Counted from the stretch's first letter, positions 18,000-26,280 are shown. The stretch: DNA of 26,413 nt from Elusimicrobiota bacterium (GCA_043826435.1 JBDRQF010000006.1:1-26413), one strand, 5' to 3'. Notes: generated from the sequence alone by a model not told the origin. Numbers and translations: made by a program.

Positions 18000-18797
18000 A
18001 TGTCAGAAAAAAGGGTCATAGCAGTTTGTAACCAGAAAGGCGGCGTGGGAAAAACCACGACGGTAATAAATCTCGCAACCTGTCTTGCAACAAGGCTATC
18101 TTCAATATTAATCATAGACCTGGATCCGCAGGCGAATGCCACGAGCGGGTTGGGCCTTGATAAGAACGATATTGATAAAAGCGTTTATGATGTCCTCGTT
18201 GACGGGCTGCCGATAGAGGAAGCGATAAAACACACGGGAGTGGAGTGGCTTGAGATCGTGCCGTCCAGCGTTGATTTAATAGGCGCGGAGGTGGAACTTG
18301 TGAGCATGATTTCCAGGGAGACGAAACTCAAGAATGCCCTCGCCGGTGTGAGTGATAGTTATAATTATATTTTTATTGACTGTCCTCCTTCTTTAGGGCT
18401 CCTAACGCTAAACGCCCTGACTGCAGCCGATTCCGTCCTGATACCAATCCAGTGCGAGTATTATGCAATGGAGGGGTTGTCGCAACTTCTTAACACGATA
18501 CACCTTGTCAGGCAGTCACTGAACCCCTCGCTGGACATAGAAGGAGTGCTGCTGACGATGTTTGACGCCCGGCTTAACCTGAGTGACCAGGTGGCGAAAG
18601 AAGTGAGGAAATTTTTTGACCGGAGGGTTTTCAAAACGGCTATACCGAGGAACGTCCGACTGGCCGAGTCCCCCAGTTTCGGCAAGCCGGCGATAATGTA
18701 CGACAGGAACTCAGCCGGGGCGCAGGCGTACATCAAACTTGCGGATGAATTTTTATCAAAAAAACAACAGGTTGCCGGCGAACAAGACCAGGGATAA
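18000..18797 (+). CDS. parA: Chromosome partitioning ATPase ParA/Soj
   Basis: [36 protein letters not shown] and [14 protein letters not shown]. Confidence 0.96.
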   Translation: MSEKRVIAVCNQKGGVGKTTTVINLATCLATRLSSILIIDLDPQANATSGLGLDKNDIDKSVYDVLVDGLPIEEAIKHTGVEWLEIVPSSVDLIGAEVELVSMISRETKLKNALAGVSDSYNYIFIDCPPSLGLLTLNALTAADSVLIPIQCEYYAMEGLSQLLNTIHLVRQSLNPSLDIEGVLLTMFDARLNLSDQVAKEVRKFFDRRVFKTAIPRNVRLAESPSFGKPAIMYDRNSAGAQAYIKLADEFLSKKQQVAGEQDQG

Positions 18798-18833
18798 ATT
18801 TTCTGCCTGGAACGGAAACCCTGATGGTTTGCG

Positions 18834-19064
18834 GGCAAAAGAATGAAACTCCTATTAAAAAAGATGTGCAGCCGCACTAATGTAGTGTTACGAACAGATC
18901 TTCACATTTGGTTGTTTTTGCGAGGAGCGTTAGCGACGAAGCAATCGCCGTCTGAACACCGGGATTGCCACGCTTCCTTCGGTCGCTCGCAATGACAATC
19001 CAATGGGCATTCAAATGTTAAGAGATTTATGGGACACTACACTAATGTGTTAACATACGCCCGG
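18834..19064 (+). repeat. Dispersed element copy D (partial, split by the MITE)
   Basis: Removing the MITE restores AAAAGATGTG...GCACTAATGTGTTAACATACGC, matching the 3' halves of copies A and C. GGGCAAAAGAAT matches the start of copy B. The central core is missing. Confidence 0.6.
18881..19041. mobile_element. 161-bp MITE with a GTCATTGCGAG-type palindromic core
   Basis: Terminal inverted repeats TGTAGTGT...ACACTACA (imperfect over ~33 bp); CTAA duplicated at 18877-18880 and 19042-19045; internal palindrome TTGCGAG...GCAATC...GATTGC...CTCGCAATGAC. Confidence 0.8.
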
Positions 19065-19074
19065 AGGTAAAAAA

Positions 19075-19602
19075 ATGTACTGTATCTACTGTAACAAGTT
19101 GAATTCCGACGAGGCAAAGTTCTGCATGAACTGCGGAGTAGCGCTTATGTCCCAGGGGCACCCTGCGGGAAAACCAGCCGGTTTCTGGATAAGATTTTTC
19201 GCCGAACTCATTGACATTGTCGTAGTCCTCGTGATTGCAAATATGTGCGCTACGGCGACGGTGCCGCTGCTGGGGTTAAGCATAGGTATCAGCAACATCC
19301 CGCATCAGGCGGTAGAACTGACTGCCATGCTCGTGGCGGCGTTTGTAATATCATTCTATGAAATATGGATGCATGTCAGGTTCGGCCGCACGTTAGGGAA
19401 GATGGCGGCAGGAATAAAGGTCGTAACTGTAAAAAACGAACCGGTTACTTACAAACTTTCGTTTTTAAGGTGGTTGGGGAAGATGTTAAACCTTTTCACG
19501 TTAGGGTTCGGTTTTTTTATGATAGTATTGAATAAAGACAAAAGGGGCGTCCACGACTATGTAGCCAATACAAAAGTCGTTTACCTGGCGACTAAAAAAT
19601 AA
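19075..19602 (+). CDS. RDD-family membrane protein with an N-terminal zinc ribbon
   Basis: CIYC...FCMNCG, then AGFWIRFFAELID, GRTLGKMAAGIKVV and KRGVHDYVANTKVV; GGAGG RBS. Confidence 0.9.
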   Translation: MYCIYCNKLNSDEAKFCMNCGVALMSQGHPAGKPAGFWIRFFAELIDIVVVLVIANMCATATVPLLGLSIGISNIPHQAVELTAMLVAAFVISFYEIWMHVRFGRTLGKMAAGIKVVTVKNEPVTYKLSFLRWLGKMLNLFTLGFGFFMIVLNKDKRGVHDYVANTKVVYLATKK

Positions 19603-19723
19603 TGTACGTGCGACGGAGTCATTGCGAGGTAAACAAAAGGAGTTCTTTATAGCCCGGATTGAGGTAAAAAATAATGTACGTGCGACGGAGTCATTGCGAG
19701 GGACGAAGTCCCGAAGCAATCTC
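19593..19723. repeat. Exact 37-bp direct repeat (72-bp period) plus half of a REP-like palindrome
   Basis: TAAAAAATAATGTACGTGCGACGGAGTCATTGCGAGG at 19593-19629 and 19665-19701. GTCATTGCGAG...GAAGCAATCTC (19690-19723) matches the left arm of the MITE core. Confidence 0.85.
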
Positions 19724-19746
19724 ACAAGATAAGGGAGGAGACAACA

Positions 19747-20628
19747 ATGCAAAGAGGACTGGGGAAGGGCTTATCAGCGCTAATACCTACGATAGCAATT
19801 GACGCGACAAGGGAACCGTCAGGCAAGACAGGGGAAGAAATAAGAAAACTTCCGGTTGATAAAATCAAGCCGAACAAGTACCAGGCAAGAAAGAAGTTTG
19901 ACAGGGCAAAACTTGAAGAACTTGCGCATTCAATAAAAGAGAAAGGGATAATACAGCCGCTGCTTGTAACCCCGTCCGTTATACCGGGAGAGTATGAACT
20001 TATTGCAGGCGAAAGGCGCCTGCGCGCGGCGAAAATTGCCGGGGTTACGGAAATCCCGTCAATAATAAGGCAGGCAACGGACAAGGACCGCTACCAGATT
20101 TCGCTTATTGAAAACCTGCAAAGGGAGGATCTTGACCCGATTGAAGAGGCGAAGGCATACAGGGGCGTGCTGGACGAGTTCAGTATCACCCAGGAGGAAC
20201 TTGCATCTCTTGTAGGCAAAGACAGGGCGGTGGTAACAAATACCCTTAGGTTGCTCTCCCTGCCGGAGACCGTCCAGAATATGATTTCAGAAGGGATGAT
20301 TTCACCCGGGCACGGTCGTTCAATAGCGGTTATTACCGACGGGCAAAAACAGAGGGAGATTGTTGACCGTATCCAGAGGGAAAAACTCACCGTACGAGAA
20401 ACAGAAAAAATTGTTCATGACTGGAAATCGGTGCTGGGTGGTAAAAGGGCGCTGCCGGGGAGGAAGAAGGCGCCCGAAATTCTGGCGATGGAAAATACAC
20501 TCCAGAAATTACTTGGTACAAAGGTGCAGGTTTATGCGGCACGGGGAGGAAGGAAAGGCAGGATTGTAATACATTTCTATTCGCTTGATGACTTGGACCG
20601 GCTGGTTAAACATTTTAAGAAAAAATAA
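19747..20628 (+). CDS. parB: Chromosome partitioning protein ParB/Spo0J
   Basis: N-terminal RGLGKGLSALI, arginine patch GERRLRA, ENLQREDL, HTH and C-terminal dimerisation domain. Confidence 0.96.
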   Translation: MQRGLGKGLSALIPTIAIDATREPSGKTGEEIRKLPVDKIKPNKYQARKKFDRAKLEELAHSIKEKGIIQPLLVTPSVIPGEYELIAGERRLRAAKIAGVTEIPSIIRQATDKDRYQISLIENLQREDLDPIEEAKAYRGVLDEFSITQEELASLVGKDRAVVTNTLRLLSLPETVQNMISEGMISPGHGRSIAVITDGQKQREIVDRIQREKLTVRETEKIVHDWKSVLGGKRALPGRKKAPEILAMENTLQKLLGTKVQVYAARGGRKGRIVIHFYSLDDLDRLVKHFKKK

Positions 20629-20713
20629 ATAACCTACTGGTGGTTTTATTAATTGTTTTGGCTAACTTATGAAAAGATGTAGGAAGGCACTAATTGGTTA
20701 ACGCACGCTTAGG
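20621..20713 (+). repeat. Dispersed ~95-bp intergenic element, copy C
   Basis: Core GTTTTATTAATTGTT-N5-TAACTTA (20643-20669) and tail GTTAACGCACG (20697-20707); begins at the parB stop codon. Confidence 0.8.
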
Positions 20714-20761
20714 CAAAGGTAAACGCAGGACGACACGGTTTACCAGACGCCGGTTACCGGG

Positions 20762-20790
20762 TTGATTTTCACGGATTAAATTTATATAAT
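20762..20790 (+). promoter_or_regulatory. Sigma70-type promoter of rtcB-serS
   Basis: TTGATT-17 bp-TATAAT, followed by the perfect inverted repeat TTCTAAAAAA-N5-TTTTTTAGAA (20808-20832). Confidence 0.65.
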
Positions 20791-20868
20791 TGTTAACAGG
20801 TAACAGGTTCTAAAAAACACAATTTTTTAGAATGAATGATACGTTACTATAGTTGATAAATTAAAAAT

Positions 20869-22314
20869 ATGACGCAACAATGCCAGCTGAAAAAAATTGA
20901 TGACTGGAGATGGTCCATCCCGAAGCATGAAGGTATGCGGACGGACGGGCTTATATTTGCATCCGAGAAAATGGTGACTCACATCTGCAACGACAAAGCC
21001 CATGCGCAGGTTGAGAACGTTGCATACCTGCCGGGGATTGTCGGTCCATCACTCGCGATGCCCGACATCCACTGGGGTTATGGTTTTCCCATAGGTGGCG
21101 TAGCCGCGTTTGACATGGACAAAGGCGTAATTTCACCGGGCGGGATAGGCTACGACATAAACTGCGGGGTGCGGCTCATCAGAACAAATTTGCGCCGGCA
21201 GGATGTATCCAATAAGATAAAGGAATTGATAGAGGGGTTGTTCAGGGCGGTACCGTCGGGCATCGGTTCTACCGGAAAAATTTCACTTTCACCCGAAGAA
21301 GTAAAGCATGTTCTTAAAGAGGGTGCGGCATGGGCGGTTAAAAAGGGGTTCGGCAGGCAGGGGGACCTTAAACATACCGAGGAGAACGGCCGGCTTGACG
21401 GGGCCATGCCGGAGAGCGTCGGGCAAAAGGCGCTACGGAGGGGACACGAACAATTAGGTACGCTCGGGGCCGGGAACCACTTTCTGGAGATTCAGTACGT
21501 TGAAGAGATATATGATGCTGCAACGGCAGCCGTATTCGGGCTTACACATGACTGCATAACAGTAATGATACACACGGGTTCGCGCGGGCTCGGCTACCAG
21601 GTGTGCGACGACAGTATAAGGGTGCTGCAACCGGTAGTGCAAAAATACGGCATCTCACTCCCCGACAGGCAGTTGGTGTGCGCCCCGGTGGGTTCGCCTG
21701 AGGGCAGGACTTATTTTTCCGCGATGGCGTCTGCGGCAAACTACGCCTGGGCAAACAGACAGATTATAACGCACCGGGTAAGAGAAGTGCTTGTGAGGGT
21801 CATGGAAAAATCCGAAGCAGACATGGGGCTTGAGGTTGTTTATGACGTGGCACACAATATAGGAAAATTTGAAGAGCATACGGTCGGCGGGAAGAAACAG
21901 AAATTGATGATTCACAGGAAGGGAGCCACAAGGGCTTTTCCGCCGGGGCATCCTGACGTGCCGCAGGACTACAGGAACGTCGGACAGCCGGTCCTGATAC
22001 CGGGGACAATGGGGACCGCTTCGTATGTCCTTGCAGGTACACTGGGGGCGATGGATGAAACATGGGGCTCAACCTGCCACGGCGCCGGGCGGCTTATGAG
22101 CAGGACGCAGAGTTTAAGGAACGTCCGCGGGGAGGAACTTGCTCGGGAGTTGGAAAGGGGGGGGATTTTTGTAAAATCAGATTCATGGAAGACGCTGGCA
22201 GAAGAGGCCCCAAACGCTTACAAGGACGTCCGCCAGGTGGTTGAGGTCTGCCACAGGGCGGGTATATCAAAAAAGGTCGCTAAACTGAAACCCCTCGGGG
22301 TGATTAAAGGATGA
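20869..22314 (+). CDS. rtcB: RNA-splicing/repair ligase RtcB
   Basis: MPDIHWGYGFPIGG, GYDINCG, GTLGAGNHF, HTGSRG, YDVAHN, HRKGAT, CHGAGR and EEAP-AYK. Confidence 0.96.
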   Translation: MTQQCQLKKIDDWRWSIPKHEGMRTDGLIFASEKMVTHICNDKAHAQVENVAYLPGIVGPSLAMPDIHWGYGFPIGGVAAFDMDKGVISPGGIGYDINCGVRLIRTNLRRQDVSNKIKELIEGLFRAVPSGIGSTGKISLSPEEVKHVLKEGAAWAVKKGFGRQGDLKHTEENGRLDGAMPESVGQKALRRGHEQLGTLGAGNHFLEIQYVEEIYDAATAAVFGLTHDCITVMIHTGSRGLGYQVCDDSIRVLQPVVQKYGISLPDRQLVCAPVGSPEGRTYFSAMASAANYAWANRQIITHRVREVLVRVMEKSEADMGLEVVYDVAHNIGKFEEHTVGGKKQKLMIHRKGATRAFPPGHPDVPQDYRNVGQPVLIPGTMGTASYVLAGTLGAMDETWGSTCHGAGRLMSRTQSLRNVRGEELARELERGGIFVKSDSWKTLAEEAPNAYKDVRQVVEVCHRAGISKKVAKLKPLGVIKG

Positions 22315-22320
22315 TAACTT

Positions 22321-22370
22321 AAAAGGTCGCCGGACTCAAGCCGCTTGGCGTTATTAAGGGGTGATGACTT
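22321..22370 (+). pseudogene. Diverged duplicate of the rtcB 3' end (KVAGLKPLGVIKG*)
   Basis: Tandem copy of 22271-22320, 38/50 identical, with mismatches almost all synonymous. Confidence 0.85.
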
Positions 22371-22372
22371 AA

Positions 22373-23671
22373 ATGATTGACATAAAATTAATAAGAGACA
22401 ACATAAACAAGGTGCAGGATGGGCTTAAAAAAAGAAAGATAGACGTTTCTCTTGAACAGCTGATTAAATGGGACGCCGAAAGAAGAAAACTTCTGGTTGA
22501 AATAGAAGAAATCCGTTCTGAGAGAAAAAGGATCTCAAAGGAAAAAGCGGAGGATGCGCTCGCAAAAAAGGGCGAGTCCCTGAGGGGGAAAATCCAGGAG
22601 AAAGAAAGGTTTTTATTGACGATAGAGCAGCACATTGAAGATTTTCTCCTGCGCCTTCCGAATATCCCCGATGAGTCGGTGCCCGTCGGCGAATCAGAAA
22701 AAGACAACAGGATAGTCCGCCAGTGGACCCCTGACGGCATGCCGGTACCACCGGGCCAGTCAGTTCCGGCAGGCAAGTCCACCCGGCAGCCGGATTTTGT
22801 GCCGAAGCCCCACTGGGAGACAGGAGCCGGACTGGATATACTTGATTTCCCGTCCGCAGCAAAAATTTCAGGGGCGCGGTTCGCCCTGCTTAAAGGCGCC
22901 GGTGCAGCCCTTGAACGGGCCATCATAACGTTCATGCTTGAACTTCACATAAGGGAACACGGCTATTTTGAGGTATTCACCCCGTATCTCGTAAATAAAA
23001 AATCAATAACAGGCACCGGGCAACTCCCGAAGTTTGAAGAGGAAGTATTCAAGTGCCGCGACGACGAATTGTACCTTATACCGACTGCGGAGGTTTCGGT
23101 TACAAACATCCACAGGGATGAAGTGTTGGAAGAAAATGCCCTGCCGGTAAAATACGTTTCTTACTCGGCGTGTTTCAGGCGGGAGTCCGGCTCCTACGGG
23201 AAGGATACAAAGGGGTTAATCAGGAACCATCAGTTTAACAAGATAGAACTTGTAAAGATATGCAGGCCGGAGAGTTCAATGAACGAACTTGAAAAATTGC
23301 TCGCGGATGCGGAACAAGTCCTAAAACTAATGCGACTGCCGTACAGGGTAGTAGAACTGTGTACTGCGGATCTGGGTTTCGCAGCATCAAAAACCTACGA
23401 CCTGGAGGTCTGGATGCCCGGAGAAAAACTCTGGCGGGAGATTTCTTCCTGCAGTAATTTCAGGGATTTCCAATCAAGGAGGCTTAACATGAAATATAAA
23501 AAATCAGACGGTACAAGAGAGTTTGTACATACGATAAATGGTTCAGGCCTTGCGGTCGGAAGGACGTTCGCTGCAATACTTGAAAATTATCAACAGAAGG
23601 ACGGGAGTGTAAAAATCCCGGATGTCCTGCAAAAATACACCGGGTTTGATACGATTCAGCGGCCCGTCTGA
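22373..23671 (+). CDS. serS: Serine--tRNA ligase
   Basis: [35 protein letters not shown]...[19 protein letters not shown] and [13 protein letters not shown]. Confidence 0.97.
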   Translation: MIDIKLIRDNINKVQDGLKKRKIDVSLEQLIKWDAERRKLLVEIEEIRSERKRISKEKAEDALAKKGESLRGKIQEKERFLLTIEQHIEDFLLRLPNIPDESVPVGESEKDNRIVRQWTPDGMPVPPGQSVPAGKSTRQPDFVPKPHWETGAGLDILDFPSAAKISGARFALLKGAGAALERAIITFMLELHIREHGYFEVFTPYLVNKKSITGTGQLPKFEEEVFKCRDDELYLIPTAEVSVTNIHRDEVLEENALPVKYVSYSACFRRESGSYGKDTKGLIRNHQFNKIELVKICRPESSMNELEKLLADAEQVLKLMRLPYRVVELCTADLGFAASKTYDLEVWMPGEKLWREISSCSNFRDFQSRRLNMKYKKSDGTREFVHTINGSGLAVGRTFAAILENYQQKDGSVKIPDVLQKYTGFDTIQRPV

Positions 23672-23772
23672 GTGTCGGCAGCAATAATTTCTTTCATCGC
23701 CTCATGCACGTCTTTTATATGATGCCGCTCATACTTTCCGGACACTATCGCTGATAAATCGGGGGATTTATA

Positions 23773-24498
23773 ATGAATGAAACGACAAATCAAGAAAAAA
23801 ATATATTTGAATTTAATCAATATCATCCAATATCTGATGAAAAACCCAATGAAAATTTTTATGAATTCATCATGAATTATTCTAAAGATGTAAAGAACCC
23901 AATAATTGACTTGAAAAATAATTCAAAAAATCTAAAAGAATATACTATGAGAATTGGTTTTGTATTTCCTCTAAATGTAGTGATAGATGAAAAAATAAAA
24001 GATTTGTGTTGTCTTAATTATGAGAGATATAATGGTAGAATTGAACCTTGCGACGGTATTACAGATAAGCGCAAGGGATGTCCTCCATATTCACCAAAAG
24101 TTGATGATACAATTAAAATCTTAAAAGAATCAACTGTATTTTTAATACTGCAGTTTGAAAAGATAACGGACACAATAGTACAAAAATATATACATAACCT
24201 CACTGTTAAAATCGAAAAAGAGTTAACAAAAAAATTTAATGTTTTAAATACATATTGCTGTGGACCGTGCAGAGTTTGTGCAGAGGGATGTACTACCGAT
24301 GAAGAATGTAGATTTCCTAATATTAGAAGGTTCGCTCTTGAATCTTGTGGCTTCTGGGTAAATAAAATTTGCGAGAAAGCAGCAGATAATACAATTTATG
24401 GGGATAATAATTGGAAAATAGAGTGGGTCAAAAATTATGGGTTACCAACTCAAAATCCTAAAGAGTTTAAATCCGTATCAGGAATATTACTAAAATGA
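23773..24498 (+). CDS. Cys-rich predicted metal-binding protein, DUF2284-like
   Basis: GCPPYSP, GPCRVCAEGC and CRFP-IRRFALESCG pattern; markedly AT-rich coding sequence. Confidence 0.65.
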   Translation: MNETTNQEKNIFEFNQYHPISDEKPNENFYEFIMNYSKDVKNPIIDLKNNSKNLKEYTMRIGFVFPLNVVIDEKIKDLCCLNYERYNGRIEPCDGITDKRKGCPPYSPKVDDTIKILKESTVFLILQFEKITDTIVQKYIHNLTVKIEKELTKKFNVLNTYCCGPCRVCAEGCTTDEECRFPNIRRFALESCGFWVNKICEKAADNTIYGDNNWKIEWVKNYGLPTQNPKEFKSVSGILLK

Positions 24499-24704
24499 TA
24501 GTTGAAGAAAATAAATCGCTCCTTCGGATATTTTCAACCTGCCCCGTTCGCTACTGCGTAGCGACCTTTTTTATGAATCTTGCGGGAATAATTGTAATTC
24601 TTGTAATATTTTTGTCCTTGCTTGGCTACATTGTGTATACCTGTTTTGCGTGGGAGCCACTGTCCGTCTTTAGCCCTTATTGGAGAAGTTAGGATTTAAA
24701 AAGG

Positions 24705-24857
24705 TGAGACCTCATGGGTTATGTTTCGGCCCAAAAAGAAGTAAAATAAAGAAAACGGAGGGACACAACTATGGAAAGCACAACTAACGAAACGATAAGG
24801 GAAGCACCGCCGCAAGTATCGGCGGGAAGCACAGCGAAATTAATCCGTGAAGTCCGA
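24705..24857 (+). mobile_element. Truncated left end of an IS3-family-like element
   Basis: TG-initiated end (TGAGACC...), GGAGG RBS and ATG at 24771. The peptide ...STAKLIREVR resembles the N-terminus of IS3-type OrfA proteins, but breaks off before the HTH (frame stops at 24902). Confidence 0.45.
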
Positions 24858-24890
24858 ACTCTTCTTGACATAACTCCCCCACCCCAAAAC

Positions 24891-24919
24891 TTGATTTATT
24901 AAAAAAAAATTTGTATACT
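24891..24919 (+). promoter_or_regulatory. Sigma70-type promoter of the TA pair
   Basis: TTGATT-17 bp-TATACT. Confidence 0.6.
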
Positions 24920-24930
24920 ACTCGGTAGAG

Positions 24931-25170
24931 GTGGTTAAAATGAAAACAGGAACAGATGTAGATTCAACTAAATCCATAAGCGTAGACATAGAATTTAATA
25001 AATTGGTTAATGCTGTAAAACAAATGAAGAAACCAGAACAAGAACTTTTCATTGAAGACTTACTTGCTTCAACCAATCCGGATTATCTTGCCAGTATAAA
25101 AGAGGCTCGTGAAGATTATCAAGCAGGAAGAGTTAAAACTCACAAAGAAATCTTTGGCAAAACAAAGTGA
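24931..25170 (+). CDS. Putative type II antitoxin
   Basis: Small ORF ending YLASIKEAREDYQAGRVKTHKEIF, typical of RelE partners; overlaps the toxin by GTGA. Start could be ATG 24940. Confidence 0.75.
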   Translation: MVKMKTGTDVDSTKSISVDIEFNKLVNAVKQMKKPEQELFIEDLLASTNPDYLASIKEAREDYQAGRVKTHKEIFGKTK

Positions 25171-25430
25171 AATATCGTCTACTATATACAAATCGTGCAG
25201 TTAAAGATATTAAAAAACTTGATAATATAATAAAAGATAGAATTTCTAAAACATTATTACGTTTTGCTGATAATCCTTTAGAATATTCTGAACCTCTATC
25301 AAATATAGAAATAGGAACTTATAGATTTCGTATTGGTGATTACAGGGTTATTTTTGATATTGAAGGAAATAATATAGTAATTTTGCGTATAGGACATAGA
25401 AAAGAAATTTATCGTAAATTAAGAATATAA
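25167..25430 (+). CDS. relE: RelE/ParE-family toxin (RelE-like)
   Basis: 87 aa: YRLLYTNRAVKDIKKL, YRFRIGDYRVIF and IGHRKEIYR. Confidence 0.9.
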   Translation: MKYRLLYTNRAVKDIKKLDNIIKDRISKTLLRFADNPLEYSEPLSNIEIGTYRFRIGDYRVIFDIEGNNIVILRIGHRKEIYRKLRI

Positions 25431-25470
25431 AACATGTTCTTTAACACTGACTTTAGGTAGAAACACCTTT

Positions 25471-25836
25471 ATGAGATACTTGAAAATGCAAGAGTTTGAA
25501 ACAATCATAGAGGAATCCGTCAATAAACTGCCACAAGAATTCAAAGATATCCTGGAAGCAAAACAAATAGGCATAATTGCCCGCGAGCAACCGCCCCAAC
25601 CAATTCAAGAAAAATTTCAGGGTCAGACAGTATTCGGTGTTTTTATAGGTGTGCCTTATGGGCGGTTCAGCCATGTCCAGTTAGAACCAACACGAATTGA
25701 ACTCTACAAAAACAGTTTTGAAAAGACATTTTCTAATATTGCTGAAATCAAACAAGAGATACAACGCGCAGTAATGCATGAAATAGCGCACTATTTTGGT
25801 TTTTCTGAATCAAAAATAAGAAGTATTGGTTATTAA
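25471..25836 (+). CDS. Zincin-like minimal metallopeptidase (DUF1025-like)
   Basis: FETIIEESVNKLP, GVFIGVP, RIELY and HEIAHYFG (HExxH). Confidence 0.85.
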   Translation: MRYLKMQEFETIIEESVNKLPQEFKDILEAKQIGIIAREQPPQPIQEKFQGQTVFGVFIGVPYGRFSHVQLEPTRIELYKNSFEKTFSNIAEIKQEIQRAVMHEIAHYFGFSESKIRSIGY

Positions 25837-25837
25837 A

Positions 25838-26251
25838 ATGTTATTTGGCGTAAGTGATCAAAAACAAAAAGGGTTAGAACGACGAATGCAAAAGTTAGGT
25901 ATCTTAGAAAAAGATATCGTAGAAAAATTCATCCGTTCAAGTGGCAAAGGTGGCCAGAAGGTAAACAAATCAGCAACCTGTGTGTATTTAAAACACACTC
26001 CTACCGGGATACAAATAAAGTGTCAAAAAGAGAGAGTACAATCCATTAACCGTTTTTTAGCCCGAAGAATACTTGCAGACAGAATAGAATCAATGCAGAT
26101 GGGTAAAGAAAGTGCCGAACAACAGCGGATTGAGAAAATACGACGGCAGAAACGACGACGTTCAAAAAGGGCGAAAGAAAAGATGTTAAGGTTAAAAAAG
26201 ATTCAGTCAGAGAAGAAAAAACTTCGTGCACCAATAAGAATCTGTTTGTGA
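25838..26251 (+). CDS. Codon-independent release-factor homologue (ArfB/YaeJ or C12orf65-like)
   Basis: FIRSSGKGGQKVNK GGQ domain plus a very basic C-terminal tail, with no codon-recognition domain. Start probably ATG 25838. Confidence 0.85.
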   Translation: MLFGVSDQKQKGLERRMQKLGILEKDIVEKFIRSSGKGGQKVNKSATCVYLKHTPTGIQIKCQKERVQSINRFLARRILADRIESMQMGKESAEQQRIEKIRRQKRRRSKRAKEKMLRLKKIQSEKKKLRAPIRICL

Positions 26252-26280
26252 TGAAAAATTAAAAAAAGACGCAGTTTTAC

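Noticed and set aside
19593..19701. Mini CRISPR array (37-bp repeat, 35-bp spacer)
   Set aside because: Only two copies and no cas genes; the repeat includes the RDD stop codon and part of a REP-like palindrome, so a local duplication is simpler.
22271..22370. Diversity-generating retroelement TR/VR pair
   Set aside because: Mismatches are not confined to adenines, and no reverse transcriptase is present.
24495..24692. 65-aa plus-strand ORF as a real membrane protein
   Set aside because: It runs through hairpins and remnant DNA and has no recognisable family; it cannot be supported from the sequence alone.
288..26234. Numerous antisense or overlapping ORFs in the track (e.g. 288-695, 7726-8361, 15609-16487, 22369-22935)
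   Set aside because: Shadows of well-supported genes on the other strand or frame, with no recognisable motifs.
25838..26251. PrfH of an RtcB2-PrfH operon
   Set aside because: Too short, has an ArfB-type basic tail, and is not adjacent to rtcB.
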